A stretch of DNA of 64,000 bases from positions 283,767 through 347,766 of the forward strand of contig CAVTMT010000009.1 in NCBI GenBank assembly GCA_963735925.1. The letters run 5' to 3'. Position numbers and translations under genes: made by a program. Positions 34,553-44,695 of the stretch are shown here, piece after piece; position 1 is the stretch's first letter; the number at the start of each line of letters is the position of its first letter. The stretch comes from an uncultured bacterium (GTDB lineage Bacteria; Verrucomicrobiota; Verrucomicrobiia; Limisphaerales; J093). The notes below the pieces were generated by a model. It was given only the letters and a program-made list of their open reading frames with translations. It was not told where the DNA came from and did not search any database.

Positions 34553-35947
34553 ATGTTGCTCTGGCTGATCGTCATCGCAATATTTGCGATCCTCGCGGTA
34601 ACGGGTTACTACAAAGGCGCGATCCGTTCGCTCGTGGCCTTGGTGGGTCTGATTCTCGCGACCTACCTGGCCCTTCCCCTGTCGCCGCTGCTCAAGCCGC
34701 TCGTGCCCAAGGTGGGGCTGGAGCACCCGATCTGGTCGATCGTCGTGCCGCCGGTCACGATTTTCATCCTCATCGCGCTGATCTTCATCGGCCTGTCGTT
34801 TCTGGTGCACCACAAGGTGGCGATGCACTTCAAGTACGCGGCCGACGATTTCACCCGGCTGCGCTGGGAGCGGCTGAACCAACGCCTGGGACTCTGCGTG
34901 GGCCTGATTGGCGGCTCCATTTACTCGATTCTGGTGTGCCTGGTGATCTACATTTTCGGCTACCCGGCGGTGCAGGTGACCGGCGAGGACAGCCCGTCCC
35001 TGCAGCGCTACCTCAGCACGGCCCGCCAGGACTTGAGCGCCTCGGGAATGGACAAGACCCTCTCGGCCATCGACCCCATGCCGGAGAATTATTATCTGGC
35101 TTCCGACGTGCTGGGGATGATCTACCAGAACTACGCCACCTTGCAGCAGCGGCTCGCGGACTATCCCGCGTTTCTCACGTTGGGTCAGCGACCGGAGTTC
35201 AAGGAGATCGCCACGGACACCACGCTCTTGAACCTCCTCCAGACCCGCGGGTCGATCGTCGAGGTGCTGAACAATCCGAAGATCATCGGCATCATCAACA
35301 ATGCGGAGATCATGGGTGAGCTCCAACAGGTTTCGCTCAAGGATCTGTACCAGTATCTGAAGACCGGCAAGTCGGCCAAGTACGACGAGGAGAAAATCCT
35401 CGGCTGGTGGCAACTGGATCCGCACGCCACCTTCACGCTGACGCGGCGGAAGAACCCCGACATGCCGGCCAAACAAATGGCGATGTTGAAGCAGATGCTC
35501 CTGGTCTGGCTGCCGCAGCTCACCGTCATGGCGGCGCCGGATAACAGCCTCGCGATCCATTTCGAACTCAGCGACCAGGCCAAGCAGATCATCGAAGCGC
35601 AGAAGAAAGCCCTGGAAGCCGCGCAACAGGCCCAGCCAGACCAACCCGGTCAGCCTGGGCGCATGCCCCCCGGATACGCGGAACGCTACTTCCGCGGCCA
35701 GACGCCCCCGCCGCAGGCGGCTCCGGAGGGCCAACCCGCGCCCGCGGCGGTGACCGCGATTCCCGGCGCCCCGGACCTGCACATCGCCGCCAAGGGCAAT
35801 TGGCAGCGCGAAGGTTCGAGCAGCCGTTACAAACTCAAGCTCCAGGACGACAAGGGCAAGGAATCCAACGGCTCGGCCGTCATCGAAGACGACGAGATGA
35901 CCCTGGCCGCGGACGGACAGACGCTGGTGTTTGTGCGGACTTACTGA
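34553..35947 (+). CDS. CvpA-family membrane protein with long soluble C-terminal extension
   Basis: N-terminal four hydrophobic segments (LLWLIVIAIFAILAVTGYYKGAIRSLVALVGLILA) are typical of CvpA. A Pro/Gln-rich linker lies near residue 370. Confidence 0.8.
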   Translation: MLLWLIVIAIFAILAVTGYYKGAIRSLVALVGLILATYLALPLSPLLKPLVPKVGLEHPIWSIVVPPVTIFILIALIFIGLSFLVHHKVAMHFKYAADDFTRLRWERLNQRLGLCVGLIGGSIYSILVCLVIYIFGYPAVQVTGEDSPSLQRYLSTARQDLSASGMDKTLSAIDPMPENYYLASDVLGMIYQNYATLQQRLADYPAFLTLGQRPEFKEIATDTTLLNLLQTRGSIVEVLNNPKIIGIINNAEIMGELQQVSLKDLYQYLKTGKSAKYDEEKILGWWQLDPHATFTLTRRKNPDMPAKQMAMLKQMLLVWLPQLTVMAAPDNSLAIHFELSDQAKQIIEAQKKALEAAQQAQPDQPGQPGRMPPGYAERYFRGQTPPPQAAPEGQPAPAAVTAIPGAPDLHIAAKGNWQREGSSSRYKLKLQDDKGKESNGSAVIEDDEMTLAADGQTLVFVRTY

Positions 35948-36142
35948 GCTGGCGTGGCCCTGGTCCGTTGGTGCCGGACGGATTGCCCGCCTTCCTTCGA
36001 CTTGGCCTGGCCGGCGCGGCCGGTGCGGTTGCACGTTCGAGGCTGGGGCGCGCGTCCGCCGTCGTCGGAACCCCGGGAAGAAGCTTCGCCGTTCCGCGGA
36101 AGTCGTTTACCGGGGCCGACGGTTTCGCCAGAGTCCCCGGTC

Positions 36143-36802
36143 ATGCCGACGTTCGTTCTGGCCACGCATAACCGCCACAAGGTCGAGGAAATCCGCGCCG
36201 TACTCGGAGCGGACCACACTTTTCTGAGCCTGACGGATCTTCCCGGCGCACCGGTCGTCGTCGAAGACGCCGCCACTTTCGCCGGCAACGCGCGGAAGAA
36301 GGCGGAGGCGCTCGCGGCTTGGCTGGCTCGGGACGCTTATCGCCCGCTCGCCGCGGACGCGTGGGTGCTTGCGGACGATTCCGGTCTCGAAGTGGCCGCC
36401 TTGGGCGGCGCCCCGGGCGTGCTCTCCGCGCGCTTCGCCGCGCTCGACCGGGGACACGACGGCAACTCGACCGACCTCGAGAACAATGCCAAACTGCTCC
36501 GCCTGCTGGCCGGCGTGCCCGCCGAGCAACGCGCGGCACGCTTCCGGTGTGCGCTCGCGCTGGTGCGGGTCGCGGGTAAACCCGGCGCGGAGACGCGGAT
36601 CTTCGACGGCGTGTGCGAGGGGACGATCCTGTTCGCGCCCCGCGGGGGGCGAGGGTTCGGCTACGACCCGCTCTTTCAACCGGCGGGGCACCGGGAGAGC
36701 TTTGCCGAACTGGGTGAGCCGGCGAAGAACCGGATCAGCCATCGCGCGCGGGCGCTGGAGCAACTGCACCGCTGGCTGGCCGGCACACACGAGACCCGCT
36801 AA
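36143..36802 (+). CDS. rdgB: non-canonical purine NTP pyrophosphatase (RdgB/HAM1)
   Basis: FVLATHNRHKVEEI, ADDSGLEVAALGGAPGV and GFGYDPLF motifs. Confidence 0.9.
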   Translation: MPTFVLATHNRHKVEEIRAVLGADHTFLSLTDLPGAPVVVEDAATFAGNARKKAEALAAWLARDAYRPLAADAWVLADDSGLEVAALGGAPGVLSARFAALDRGHDGNSTDLENNAKLLRLLAGVPAEQRAARFRCALALVRVAGKPGAETRIFDGVCEGTILFAPRGGRGFGYDPLFQPAGHRESFAELGEPAKNRISHRARALEQLHRWLAGTHETR

Positions 36803-37566
36803 ACAGCGGCCACCGCCGCTTGCACCGCCGCCACCAGCGCGGCGACGCGCGTCGCCAACGGAAAGTCGGAGGGCGCCTCGAGCGTGTAGCTATGCCGCGT
36901 TTGGTTGCGGATCAGGTAGAACGCCTCCGGCCAGCGCGGACGCAGGCTGGGATCGAGGCTCGGTCGAATGACACCGGCGTGCGCCTCACGCCCGTCGATC
37001 ATTGGCGAGCGATCCACCGGGCAGACCCCGGCCGCGGCCCGCACCATCCGGTCCGCGAGCGAGGGTTGGCCGTCGGGGTTCACTTCGTACAGGTAGAAGC
37101 CGGCGGCCTCCCAATCTTCGTGCAGGCAGAGCGCGAGGTCGAAGACCGGCTGACGTTCCAACCAGGCAATGTGCGCGCGGACTTCGCCGGTCTCGCGGTG
37201 ACGGTAATCGCGGTTCAGGTCCACGCCGTCTGCGTTCTCGCGACAGTTGCGGGCGAACCCCACGGGATTCAGGCAGGGGCAAAGCCAGAGACTGCAGTCG
37301 CGCGGCCAGGCGTCGGCCGCCAGCAAATCGCGGATGGCCAGGGGCGGCGCCGGCTCATCGCCATGGATGCCGGCGGAGAGGTAAAGTCGGCGTCTTGGTT
37401 CGGCGACCTGCCGGGTCAGGGCAGGCAGGCGCAGTCGCGGGGAGGCTTCCAGCCATTCGGTCCGCCAGCCATACCGGGTGGCGGCCGCCAATTGAGCCTG
37501 CAGCACGGCGCCAATGTCGATCGTTTCGCCGCCGTACCTGCCGTGATTTCGACCCAACCGTTGCAC
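36799..37566 (-). CDS. M14-family zinc carboxypeptidase-like protein
   Basis: SAGIHGDEPAP (HxxE zinc motif) and NPVGF..GVDLNRDY. Confidence 0.8.
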   Translation of the reverse strand: MQRLGRNHGRYGGETIDIGAVLQAQLAAATRYGWRTEWLEASPRLRLPALTRQVAEPRRRLYLSAGIHGDEPAPPLAIRDLLAADAWPRDCSLWLCPCLNPVGFARNCRENADGVDLNRDYRHRETGEVRAHIAWLERQPVFDLALCLHEDWEAAGFYLYEVNPDGQPSLADRMVRAAAGVCPVDRSPMIDGREAHAGVIRPSLDPSLRPRWPEAFYLIRNQTRHSYTLEAPSDFPLATRVAALVAAVQAAVAAV

Positions 37567-37619
37567 GCGCCGAAACTACGCACGGCGCGTCGGTTGTCCA
37601 CCTGCCCAACGCGGCTGGC

Positions 37620-38687
37620 TCACACGGAACCGGCCTGGGCGGCGGGCGCAACCGCCGGGCTGGAACCGTCGTTGTAACCTTCCCACTCCAAGCCCAGATC
37701 GCGGAGCATCTGGAGATCCTTCTCGACCGGTTGGTTCAAGGTGGTGAGGTAATTCCCCACCATGAGCGCGCTGGCGCCGGCCAGAAAGCTCAGGCTCTGC
37801 AAGTCGCGCAGATTCACGGTGCGGCCGCCGGCCAGCAAGATGTTGGCGCGCGGCAGGACGAGGCGGAAACCGGCGATCGTCTTGAGAATCTCGAGCGGTG
37901 GGAGCGGCGGATTGTTCGCGAACGGTGTGCCGGGAATCGGGTTCAGGACATTCACCGGCACAAAGTCCGGCTCGACTTCCTTCAAGGCGAACATCAGGTC
38001 GCACCGGTCGGCGCGCGTTTCGCCCAGACCGAGGATGCCGCCGGAGCAGACCTGGATGCCGGCCGCCTTGAGGTGACGAATGGTCTGCAACCGATCGTCG
38101 TAACTGTGCGTCGAGCACTGGTGCGGAAAGTAGCGCCGCGAGGTCTCGAGGTTGTGGTTGTAGCAGGCCAGGCCCGCCGCGCGCAGCCGGTCGGCCACGG
38201 CCTGGCTCTTGATCAACCCCAGCGCGGCGTCGGGCCGGACCTTGCCGTCGCGCGCCAACTCGGCGATCCGATCGCAGACCTCGTCGAGCATCGGCCCATC
38301 GTTCAGGCCCTTCCAGGCGGCGACGAGGCCCAGCGCGTTCACGCCGTTGCGCTGCGCCTCCTCCGCCGCCGCCTGGACGGGCTCCGGATCCACGAAGCCG
38401 TAGCGGGGCGACTCCGTCTGGTAGAAGGCCGATTGCGCACAAAACTTGCAGTCCTCCGCGCAGCCGCCCGCCTTGGCGTTCACGATCGAGCACAGGTGAA
38501 TCCGGTTGCCCTTGAACTGCGCGCGGACGCGGTTGGCCCAGCTCAGCAGGTCGAACACGTCGGCGCTGGACTCGAGGTCCAGCAGCCAAAGCACTTCCTC
38601 GCGGGTGACTTCCCCGCCGGCCAGCACGCGCCGGCCCAGGTCGGCGATGCGGTCATGGTGATTCGCGTCAAGCGATGGCGCTGACAT
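37620..38687 (-). CDS. bioB: biotin synthase
   Basis: Radical SAM cluster motif CAEDCKFCAQS, an N-terminal region typical of BioB, and GGILGLGE. Confidence 0.95.
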   Translation of the reverse strand: MSAPSLDANHHDRIADLGRRVLAGGEVTREEVLWLLDLESSADVFDLLSWANRVRAQFKGNRIHLCSIVNAKAGGCAEDCKFCAQSAFYQTESPRYGFVDPEPVQAAAEEAQRNGVNALGLVAAWKGLNDGPMLDEVCDRIAELARDGKVRPDAALGLIKSQAVADRLRAAGLACYNHNLETSRRYFPHQCSTHSYDDRLQTIRHLKAAGIQVCSGGILGLGETRADRCDLMFALKEVEPDFVPVNVLNPIPGTPFANNPPLPPLEILKTIAGFRLVLPRANILLAGGRTVNLRDLQSLSFLAGASALMVGNYLTTLNQPVEKDLQMLRDLGLEWEGYNDGSSPAVAPAAQAGSV

Positions 38688-38780
38688 GATTGACAGGCTA
38701 GCGGTCCGCCGGAACTGAGCAAGTCCGGAAGGTGCAAAACGGCCTTCCGCTGTCCCGATCGGTGGCGGAGTGGCGAAGCG

Positions 38781-40655
38781 TCACTTCGCCGGTCCGGGCA
38801 GCAACCGGAAGGAGAGCACGGCCGGGGCCTCGTCGGCGAACCGGGCTTCGATCCGCACCGTCTGCGGCGCGGTCGTGGCCGGGCACAGCAATTCGAGCGG
38901 GAGGTCGGCGTCGGCGTTTCCGGCGAGCACGAAGCGCGGAGGCAGTTCGGCCGTCCAGCCGGGCGGGGTTCGCATCGTGAGCACGCCACTGACCCGGCGC
39001 GCGCCGAAATTATACGCGCGCAGACGGACGCTCAGCGGCTGGCCGCCCGGCACCCGGTGGGCGGATTGCTTCAGGTCCAGTTGATCGGGCGAGAGCAGCG
39101 CCTGCAAGACCACCGGCGAGAGCGGTCCGCGAGCGACGGGAGGAGCCACCGGCGGCGGCTGCAGGCGCAGGTGGCCGGCGACCCCGCGCGGAAAGATGAA
39201 GTAGCGGGGTTCGGTCCCGACTTCGAGCCGGCGGGTGCGCTCGGGTCGCGCCCGGCCCAGGTGGTCGAAGACGGCTTCGGGGATCGCCGGCGCCACCAGC
39301 CCCGCGGTGCCTTCGGTCGTCCAGGCTACCATCACGTCGTGCATTTCGCCGCCGGGCCGCGCCCGGAATACAAAGGCGCGGAGGTTCTTCGCGTCCGACT
39401 CGAGGCGGCCCAGCGGCCGGGCGTCGGCCAACAGGCGCCCTACCGCCGCCAACGCCACATAAGCGGGGCGGGGCGTCAGGTCCGGCCGCAGGAGTCCGAA
39501 CTGCGTCTGGCCTTCCGAGTAATGCGGCAACAAAAAGTAGAACATCTCGGCGGTGCCTTCGTGGAGCGACGCCGCGAAGGTCACGGGCACGCGCTCGGCC
39601 TGGAGCCGCAGGTCGGCCGGGCTGGGTTCCTTGTACCGCTCGTCCCCGGTCCACTTCACCGGCAGGCTGGCCTCGGTCACCCAGAGCGGTTTCCCGGCGG
39701 CGACGGCGCGGAAATCCGCATAGACCGCCGGGTACTGATCCACCGGCACGTAATGGTGGAGATTGAACGTGTCGAAGTACGGTCCGGCCTCGTTCGCGGC
39801 GAAGTCCTCGAGGATCGCCGGCGCGTGCAGGGCGAACACGTTCTGGCAGGCGATCACCCGCGGATTGCCCGCGTGGAGCCCCAGGTAGGACGCCTTTTGA
39901 AACGACGCGATCTCGCTGCCGGTGTGGCCTCCGAAGTTCTCGATGTCCGCCTCGTTCCAGGGTTCGAACGCCTCGATCTCGCCCCGCCAGCGCGCGGCCA
40001 TGGCGCGCCAGAAATCATAGGCATCGCGCAGGTCGAGCGGGAAGCGCGCGGTGTTGGTGTTCGCCCATTTCGGCGAGATGTGGGCGACCTGGAGCTGGCG
40101 CAGGCCGGCCCGGGCCTGGATCGCGGCCGATTCGTCATAGCGGTTGCGCGGGGCAAACTGCCGGCGCTGCGGTTCCAGCTCGGGCCAGCTCAGGCGGTCG
40201 CGCACCCAGTTCACGCCCGCCAAGGCACACAGGCTCGCGGCGGCCGGCATCTGGTCGGGTGGATAAAACCAGGCCATCGCCACATCGAGCGCGATCGGCG
40301 AAGTGGGCGGCGTGGGCGAGGTCAGCGGCGACAGCACCGCCAGGCTGACCCGGTTCGAGAACGCGGCCTCGGCCCCGCCGCGGCGCAGTTCGTACCAACC
40401 GGGCGCGAGCCGGCCCAACTCGAGGCGGACCCCGGCAACGGCTCCGGCGCCGACCAACCGGCCGTCGTAGTCCACCAAATCCCAACGCTCAGCCGTGCCC
40501 GGAGGAGGCGGCACGGTGACGAACTCGCCGGCGAGGAAGACGTTGCCCGGATGGTCCGGCAGCGGCGCCGGCAACCGCCTTTGCGCGACGAGATTCAAAG
40601 GCAACAAAAAGAGCGCCAGCCAGGCGCAGGCCCGAAGCGAATTCGCAATATTCAT
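38781..40655 (-). CDS. secreted glycoside-hydrolase-like protein (clan GH-A type TIM barrel)
   Basis: Signal peptide MNIANSLRACAWLALFLLPLNLVA and a FEPWNEADI acid/base-type motif. The GH family is not assignable by eye. Confidence 0.7.
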   Translation of the reverse strand: MNIANSLRACAWLALFLLPLNLVAQRRLPAPLPDHPGNVFLAGEFVTVPPPPGTAERWDLVDYDGRLVGAGAVAGVRLELGRLAPGWYELRRGGAEAAFSNRVSLAVLSPLTSPTPPTSPIALDVAMAWFYPPDQMPAAASLCALAGVNWVRDRLSWPELEPQRRQFAPRNRYDESAAIQARAGLRQLQVAHISPKWANTNTARFPLDLRDAYDFWRAMAARWRGEIEAFEPWNEADIENFGGHTGSEIASFQKASYLGLHAGNPRVIACQNVFALHAPAILEDFAANEAGPYFDTFNLHHYVPVDQYPAVYADFRAVAAGKPLWVTEASLPVKWTGDERYKEPSPADLRLQAERVPVTFAASLHEGTAEMFYFLLPHYSEGQTQFGLLRPDLTPRPAYVALAAVGRLLADARPLGRLESDAKNLRAFVFRARPGGEMHDVMVAWTTEGTAGLVAPAIPEAVFDHLGRARPERTRRLEVGTEPRYFIFPRGVAGHLRLQPPPVAPPVARGPLSPVVLQALLSPDQLDLKQSAHRVPGGQPLSVRLRAYNFGARRVSGVLTMRTPPGWTAELPPRFVLAGNADADLPLELLCPATTAPQTVRIEARFADEAPAVLSFRLLPGPAK

Positions 40656-40777
40656 GTGTGCCCGGAGTGTACGTGCGCGCGCGGGACCGCACCAGCCGTG
40701 AGCGCGGGCAGGGCGGTGCGGCCCGGAACCGTGGTTGCCGGTGCCTGCCGCGTTCCCTCGCCGGGGGAACCGAGGGA

Positions 40778-42205
40778 TTAGCGGAAGAAGATCAGCCAGT
40801 TCAGGCCCAGCATGGGCAGGAGGAACGGCAACGTGAAACGGAAGACATAGCCGAGGAACGTGGGCGTACGGGCTTTCTGCTGTTCGGCAATGGACTTGAC
40901 CATGAAATTTGGACCGTTGCCGATGTACGTGCAGGCGCCGAAGAACACCGCGCCGACGCTGACCGCGACAATGAAGGAGTTGAACGCGGCGTTTCCGAGC
41001 AGATAGCTGAGGTCAATCATCTCCTTGCTCACCTCGCCCGAAGCGTACGCTTGCGGGAAATGCTTCTGGAGCGCCGCGAAGGTGTTGGCGATCTCCACGC
41101 CATGCGCGCCCGTCGTGGCGGCCAGATCCGCACCGTGCGTGCCCACCAAGTGCTGCACCTGCACCACCACTCCCGCGTCGATCTGGCCAAAGATCGCGCT
41201 GAGGAAACTCAGGTAAGTCGGCGCGTTGTCGAGCACGCTGGAGAGGGCGCCGGTACCCCAGAAGTAAAGCGCGGGCGTGGCGGTGCCCAGATGTCCCGCG
41301 TTTGCCTGCAGCCAATCCAGCGCCGGCAGCATGGTGGCAAAGATGCCGATGAACAGGATCGCCACCTCCTCGATCGGGTGGAAATCGAAGTGGTTCGCCT
41401 GGTGAATGGCCTGACGCGTCGTCAGGTAAGATCCCGCCGCGGCCGCCAGCATGATGGCTTCGCGCAGAAACACCGGACGGTTGACGAACACGGCCGCTAC
41501 AATCACGCCGAGGAACGCGAGGTTGCCCAGGCCTTCGAAGCGCCAGGTGTCGTGCGGTTCGGCCAGTTCCTCGCGCACCTGCTTTGGCGCCCTCAGGTAG
41601 TTGCGCCAGTCCAGCAGGAAAAACATCGCCAGCAAGCCGCCCACCCCCACGACCCACATCGGCCAGCAATGCTCCGCCACCCACCAGAACGGAATGCCCT
41701 TGAGGTAGCCCAGAAAGAGCGGCGGATCGCCAATCGGGGTGAGGCAGCCGCCGACGTTCGACACGATGAAGATGAAGAACACCACGTGGTGCGCCGTCAG
41801 GCGGTACTTGTTCAGGCGCAGCCAGGGACGGATCAGCAGCATCGAGGCGCCGGTGGTGCCGAGCAGATTCGAAACCACGGCGCCGGTGAGCAGGAACATC
41901 ACGTTGGCGAAGGGCGTCGCCTCGCCTTTCACCGTGATGTGAATGCCGCCCGACACGACATACAGCGATCCGATCAGGGCGATGAAACTGGCGTATTCGT
42001 GGGCGACATGCAGCACGCGTTCGGTGGCGTGCAAGCCTCCCAGGTAATAGACCAGGGTGATCGCGCCCAGGCCGATCGCCACCTTGGGATAGTGCCGCGA
42101 CCACCAATCGGCGAACAGCAGCGGCCCCAACGCGATGGCGCCCAGCAGCACGCCAAACGGCAGGATCATCCAGGGGCTCGGGTTCAGAACGGCGTCGTGG
42201 CCCAT
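40778..42205 (-). CDS. ArsB/NhaD-superfamily ion transporter (sodium:proton antiporter-like)
   Basis: About 475 aa, polytopic. LLGTTGASMLLIRP and CLTPIGDPPLFLGYL blocks. Start chosen at MGHDAVLN (ATG 42205). Confidence 0.85.
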   Translation of the reverse strand: MGHDAVLNPSPWMILPFGVLLGAIALGPLLFADWWSRHYPKVAIGLGAITLVYYLGGLHATERVLHVAHEYASFIALIGSLYVVSGGIHITVKGEATPFANVMFLLTGAVVSNLLGTTGASMLLIRPWLRLNKYRLTAHHVVFFIFIVSNVGGCLTPIGDPPLFLGYLKGIPFWWVAEHCWPMWVVGVGGLLAMFFLLDWRNYLRAPKQVREELAEPHDTWRFEGLGNLAFLGVIVAAVFVNRPVFLREAIMLAAAAGSYLTTRQAIHQANHFDFHPIEEVAILFIGIFATMLPALDWLQANAGHLGTATPALYFWGTGALSSVLDNAPTYLSFLSAIFGQIDAGVVVQVQHLVGTHGADLAATTGAHGVEIANTFAALQKHFPQAYASGEVSKEMIDLSYLLGNAAFNSFIVAVSVGAVFFGACTYIGNGPNFMVKSIAEQQKARTPTFLGYVFRFTLPFLLPMLGLNWLIFFR

Positions 42206-42320
42206 TCGTGAGGCTAGAAAGCCCTCTCGGCACCGGTCAAATGCTTTTGCCCGGTCGTCCGCCCCGCCCCGCTGCGAACCCGCCGGCCGGCCGCGCGCGC
42301 CGATGGGCACCGCGCAGGGT

Positions 42321-42659
42321 TCAGGCGGCCCGGGCCAGGAAGGCGGCGCTGCGCCGGAGAATGCGCGCCTGCCGGTCGGCCTGCCGCCGGACCAGGTTCA
42401 CCTTCTCTTCCGCCAGCGCGGGCAGGACCAGCAACGGGAACGGCGTGGCCCACGCCAGCGACGCAGCGTCGTTCACGGCGCGCTCGATGGCCGGCTTCAG
42501 GGCAGGGGGCTCCATCGTGGCGGCGTACTGCCGCGCCAACCGTTCTTTCAAGTCGGCCAACCGGGCCTCGCGCTCCGCCCGGGGCAACGCCACGGGGGTT
42601 ACCTTGAACCGCATCGGCCGCGCAAACCGCGTCGGCAACCGCTTCGTCATTGTCTTCAT
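42321..42659 (-). CDS. small hypothetical protein
   Basis: About 112 aa from MKTMTKRL with high third-position GC. No family recognised. Confidence 0.45.
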   Translation of the reverse strand: MKTMTKRLPTRFARPMRFKVTPVALPRAEREARLADLKERLARQYAATMEPPALKPAIERAVNDAASLAWATPFPLLVLPALAEEKVNLVRRQADRQARILRRSAAFLARAA

Positions 42660-42989
42660 CGTATCCCTTTCTGTTCCCGGCGGGCGATCGCACCGGCCCG
42701 CCATCCCCAAAACCGAAACCCCACGACCGCCGGCGGCAATCGTGGGGTTGGCTGACAAGCTGTTCTTCCAGTTCAGAAGAGAGTCCCCACGACACGACGC
42801 GGACGGCGGAGGCAATGCGCTTTTCGCACCGCACTCCGGCCACCCGGCAGAACCTGCATTGACGTTCGTGGTTTCAAACGGGCGCTAAAATCGCACACGA
42901 ACTCCGCTTGTCAAATCGCGCCCCCGCCGAGGGGCGGGCGCGGGGCAAATCCGCTTTACACCCCCGGCAGCGTGGGTAACGCTGCGGCC

Positions 42990-43373
42990 ATGCTTAAATG
43001 CCTTGCGTTTGGCGGATGGGCGCTTGCGCTTCTGCTCGTCACCGGTTGCACGAGCACGCGCATCACCAATCTGACGCCCAACCAGGCGCCCCGCAGCCCC
43101 GACGGTCTGTACTCGTTCGAGGCGCGGTGGGATAGCAACCAGCGCGCCATCCGGCCCGACAGCTTCGCCCCGTTCGTGGTGGTGGGCATGAAGTTCTACC
43201 CGATGCAGCGCACCGCGCTGACCACCAACCGGTGGGAGGCATTGGTCCCGCTCCCGGACGATCGACGCTTCGTGAATTACCAGTTCAAGTTCAATTACCA
43301 ATACAACAGCTTTCCCCGGCCGCGGTCCGACTCGCGGGCGACCCAAACCTACCAGATTGAAATTGTGCGGTGA
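42990..43373 (+). CDS. small lipoprotein of unknown function
   Basis: Signal plus lipobox MLKCLAFGGWALALLLVTGC. It lies 74 bp upstream of two FtsX-type permease genes. Confidence 0.6.
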   Translation: MLKCLAFGGWALALLLVTGCTSTRITNLTPNQAPRSPDGLYSFEARWDSNQRAIRPDSFAPFVVVGMKFYPMQRTALTTNRWEALVPLPDDRRFVNYQFKFNYQYNSFPRPRSDSRATQTYQIEIVR

Positions 43374-43446
43374 CGACCGCGAGGCCCAGCGCGTCGTCCC
43401 GGCCGCTCCCCGCAACCCGGCCGGCTGAACCCGCGCCTGTCCGCCC

Positions 43447-44601
43447 ATGAAGTTTCTGCCGCTGGTCTGGAGCAATCTGAAACGCAAGAAGCTCCGCACG
43501 ACGCTCACCCTGCTGTCGATCATCGTGGCCTTCGTCCTCTTCGGCTATCTCGCCGCCATTCGCGTCGGGTTTGGCGCCGGCGTGGAGGTGGCGGGCATCG
43601 ACCGGTTGATCGTCCGCCACCGGGTTTCGATCACCGAACTGCTGCCGCTCAGCTATCAGCAACGGATCGCGTTGATTCCCGGCGTGGCCGCCGTGGTCCA
43701 TCAGACGTGGTTCGGCGGCGTGTACCAGGACCCGAAGAATTTCTTCGCGCAGATGCCGGTCGAGCCCGAACCGTTCCTGGCCATGTTCCCGGAGTACCTG
43801 CTGCCGGAAGACCAAAAACTCGCCTGGTTGCGCACCCGCACCGGGGCCATCGTCGGCCGCCAGACCGCGAAGCGCTTCGGGTGGAAGCCCGGCGACCGCG
43901 TGCCGATCCTGTCGCAGATCTGGACCACCAAGCAAGGGAGCCAGGTCTGGGAATTCGACGTCGTGGGGATTTTCGACGGCAAGGAAAGCGGCACCGACAC
44001 CACGACGCTGTTCTTCCGCTACGATTACTTCGACGAAAACCGCGCGTTCGGCTCGGGCCAGGTGGGCTGGTACACCGTCCGCGTGAGCGACCCCGAGCAA
44101 GCCGCCGCCGTGTCGAAGCGCGTGGACCAGGAATTCGCCAACTCCTCCGCCGAGACCAAGACGGAAACCGAAAAGGCCTTCGTGACCGGTTTCGCGAAAC
44201 AGATCGGCAACATCGGCTCCATCTTGGTGGCGATCCTCAGCGCGGTGTTCTTCACCATCCTGCTGGTCGCCGGCAACACGATGGCGCAATCCGTCCGCGA
44301 GCGTACCGAGGAGTTGGGCGCGCTCAAGGCGATGGGGTTCACGCACCAGCAGGTGCTGGGGTTGGTGCTGGCGGAATCCTGCTTCCTGGCCGGCCTGGGC
44401 GGCGCCCTCGGCCTGGCGCTGGCGGCCCTCATGATCGCCACCGGCGATCCCACCCGCGGCGCGCTGCCCGTCTTTTATCTCCCTCCCAAGGACGTCGGGC
44501 TCGGCCTCGGTCTGGCCCTCGGGTTGGGCTTGGTCAGCGGTGCGTTCCCCGCCTGGCAGGCGATGCGCCTGCGCATCGCCGACGCACTCCGCCGCGCATG
44601 A
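43447..44601 (+). CDS. ABC transporter permease, MacB/FtsX type
   Basis: N-terminal LVWSNLKRKKLRTTLTLLSIIVAF, a periplasmic domain and a C-terminal FtsX three-helix block ending AMRLRIADALR. Confidence 0.88.
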   Translation: MKFLPLVWSNLKRKKLRTTLTLLSIIVAFVLFGYLAAIRVGFGAGVEVAGIDRLIVRHRVSITELLPLSYQQRIALIPGVAAVVHQTWFGGVYQDPKNFFAQMPVEPEPFLAMFPEYLLPEDQKLAWLRTRTGAIVGRQTAKRFGWKPGDRVPILSQIWTTKQGSQVWEFDVVGIFDGKESGTDTTTLFFRYDYFDENRAFGSGQVGWYTVRVSDPEQAAAVSKRVDQEFANSSAETKTETEKAFVTGFAKQIGNIGSILVAILSAVFFTILLVAGNTMAQSVRERTEELGALKAMGFTHQQVLGLVLAESCFLAGLGGALGLALAALMIATGDPTRGALPVFYLPPKDVGLGLGLALGLGLVSGAFPAWQAMRLRIADALRRA

Positions 44602-44695
44602 AAGCTCCTTCCCACGCCAGCGAGACGAGGCGGCACCGCGCCCCGGGTCGTGACCGCTGGGGCTCGCCGAAGCGCGTGCAAGCCGTCTTTGCGCG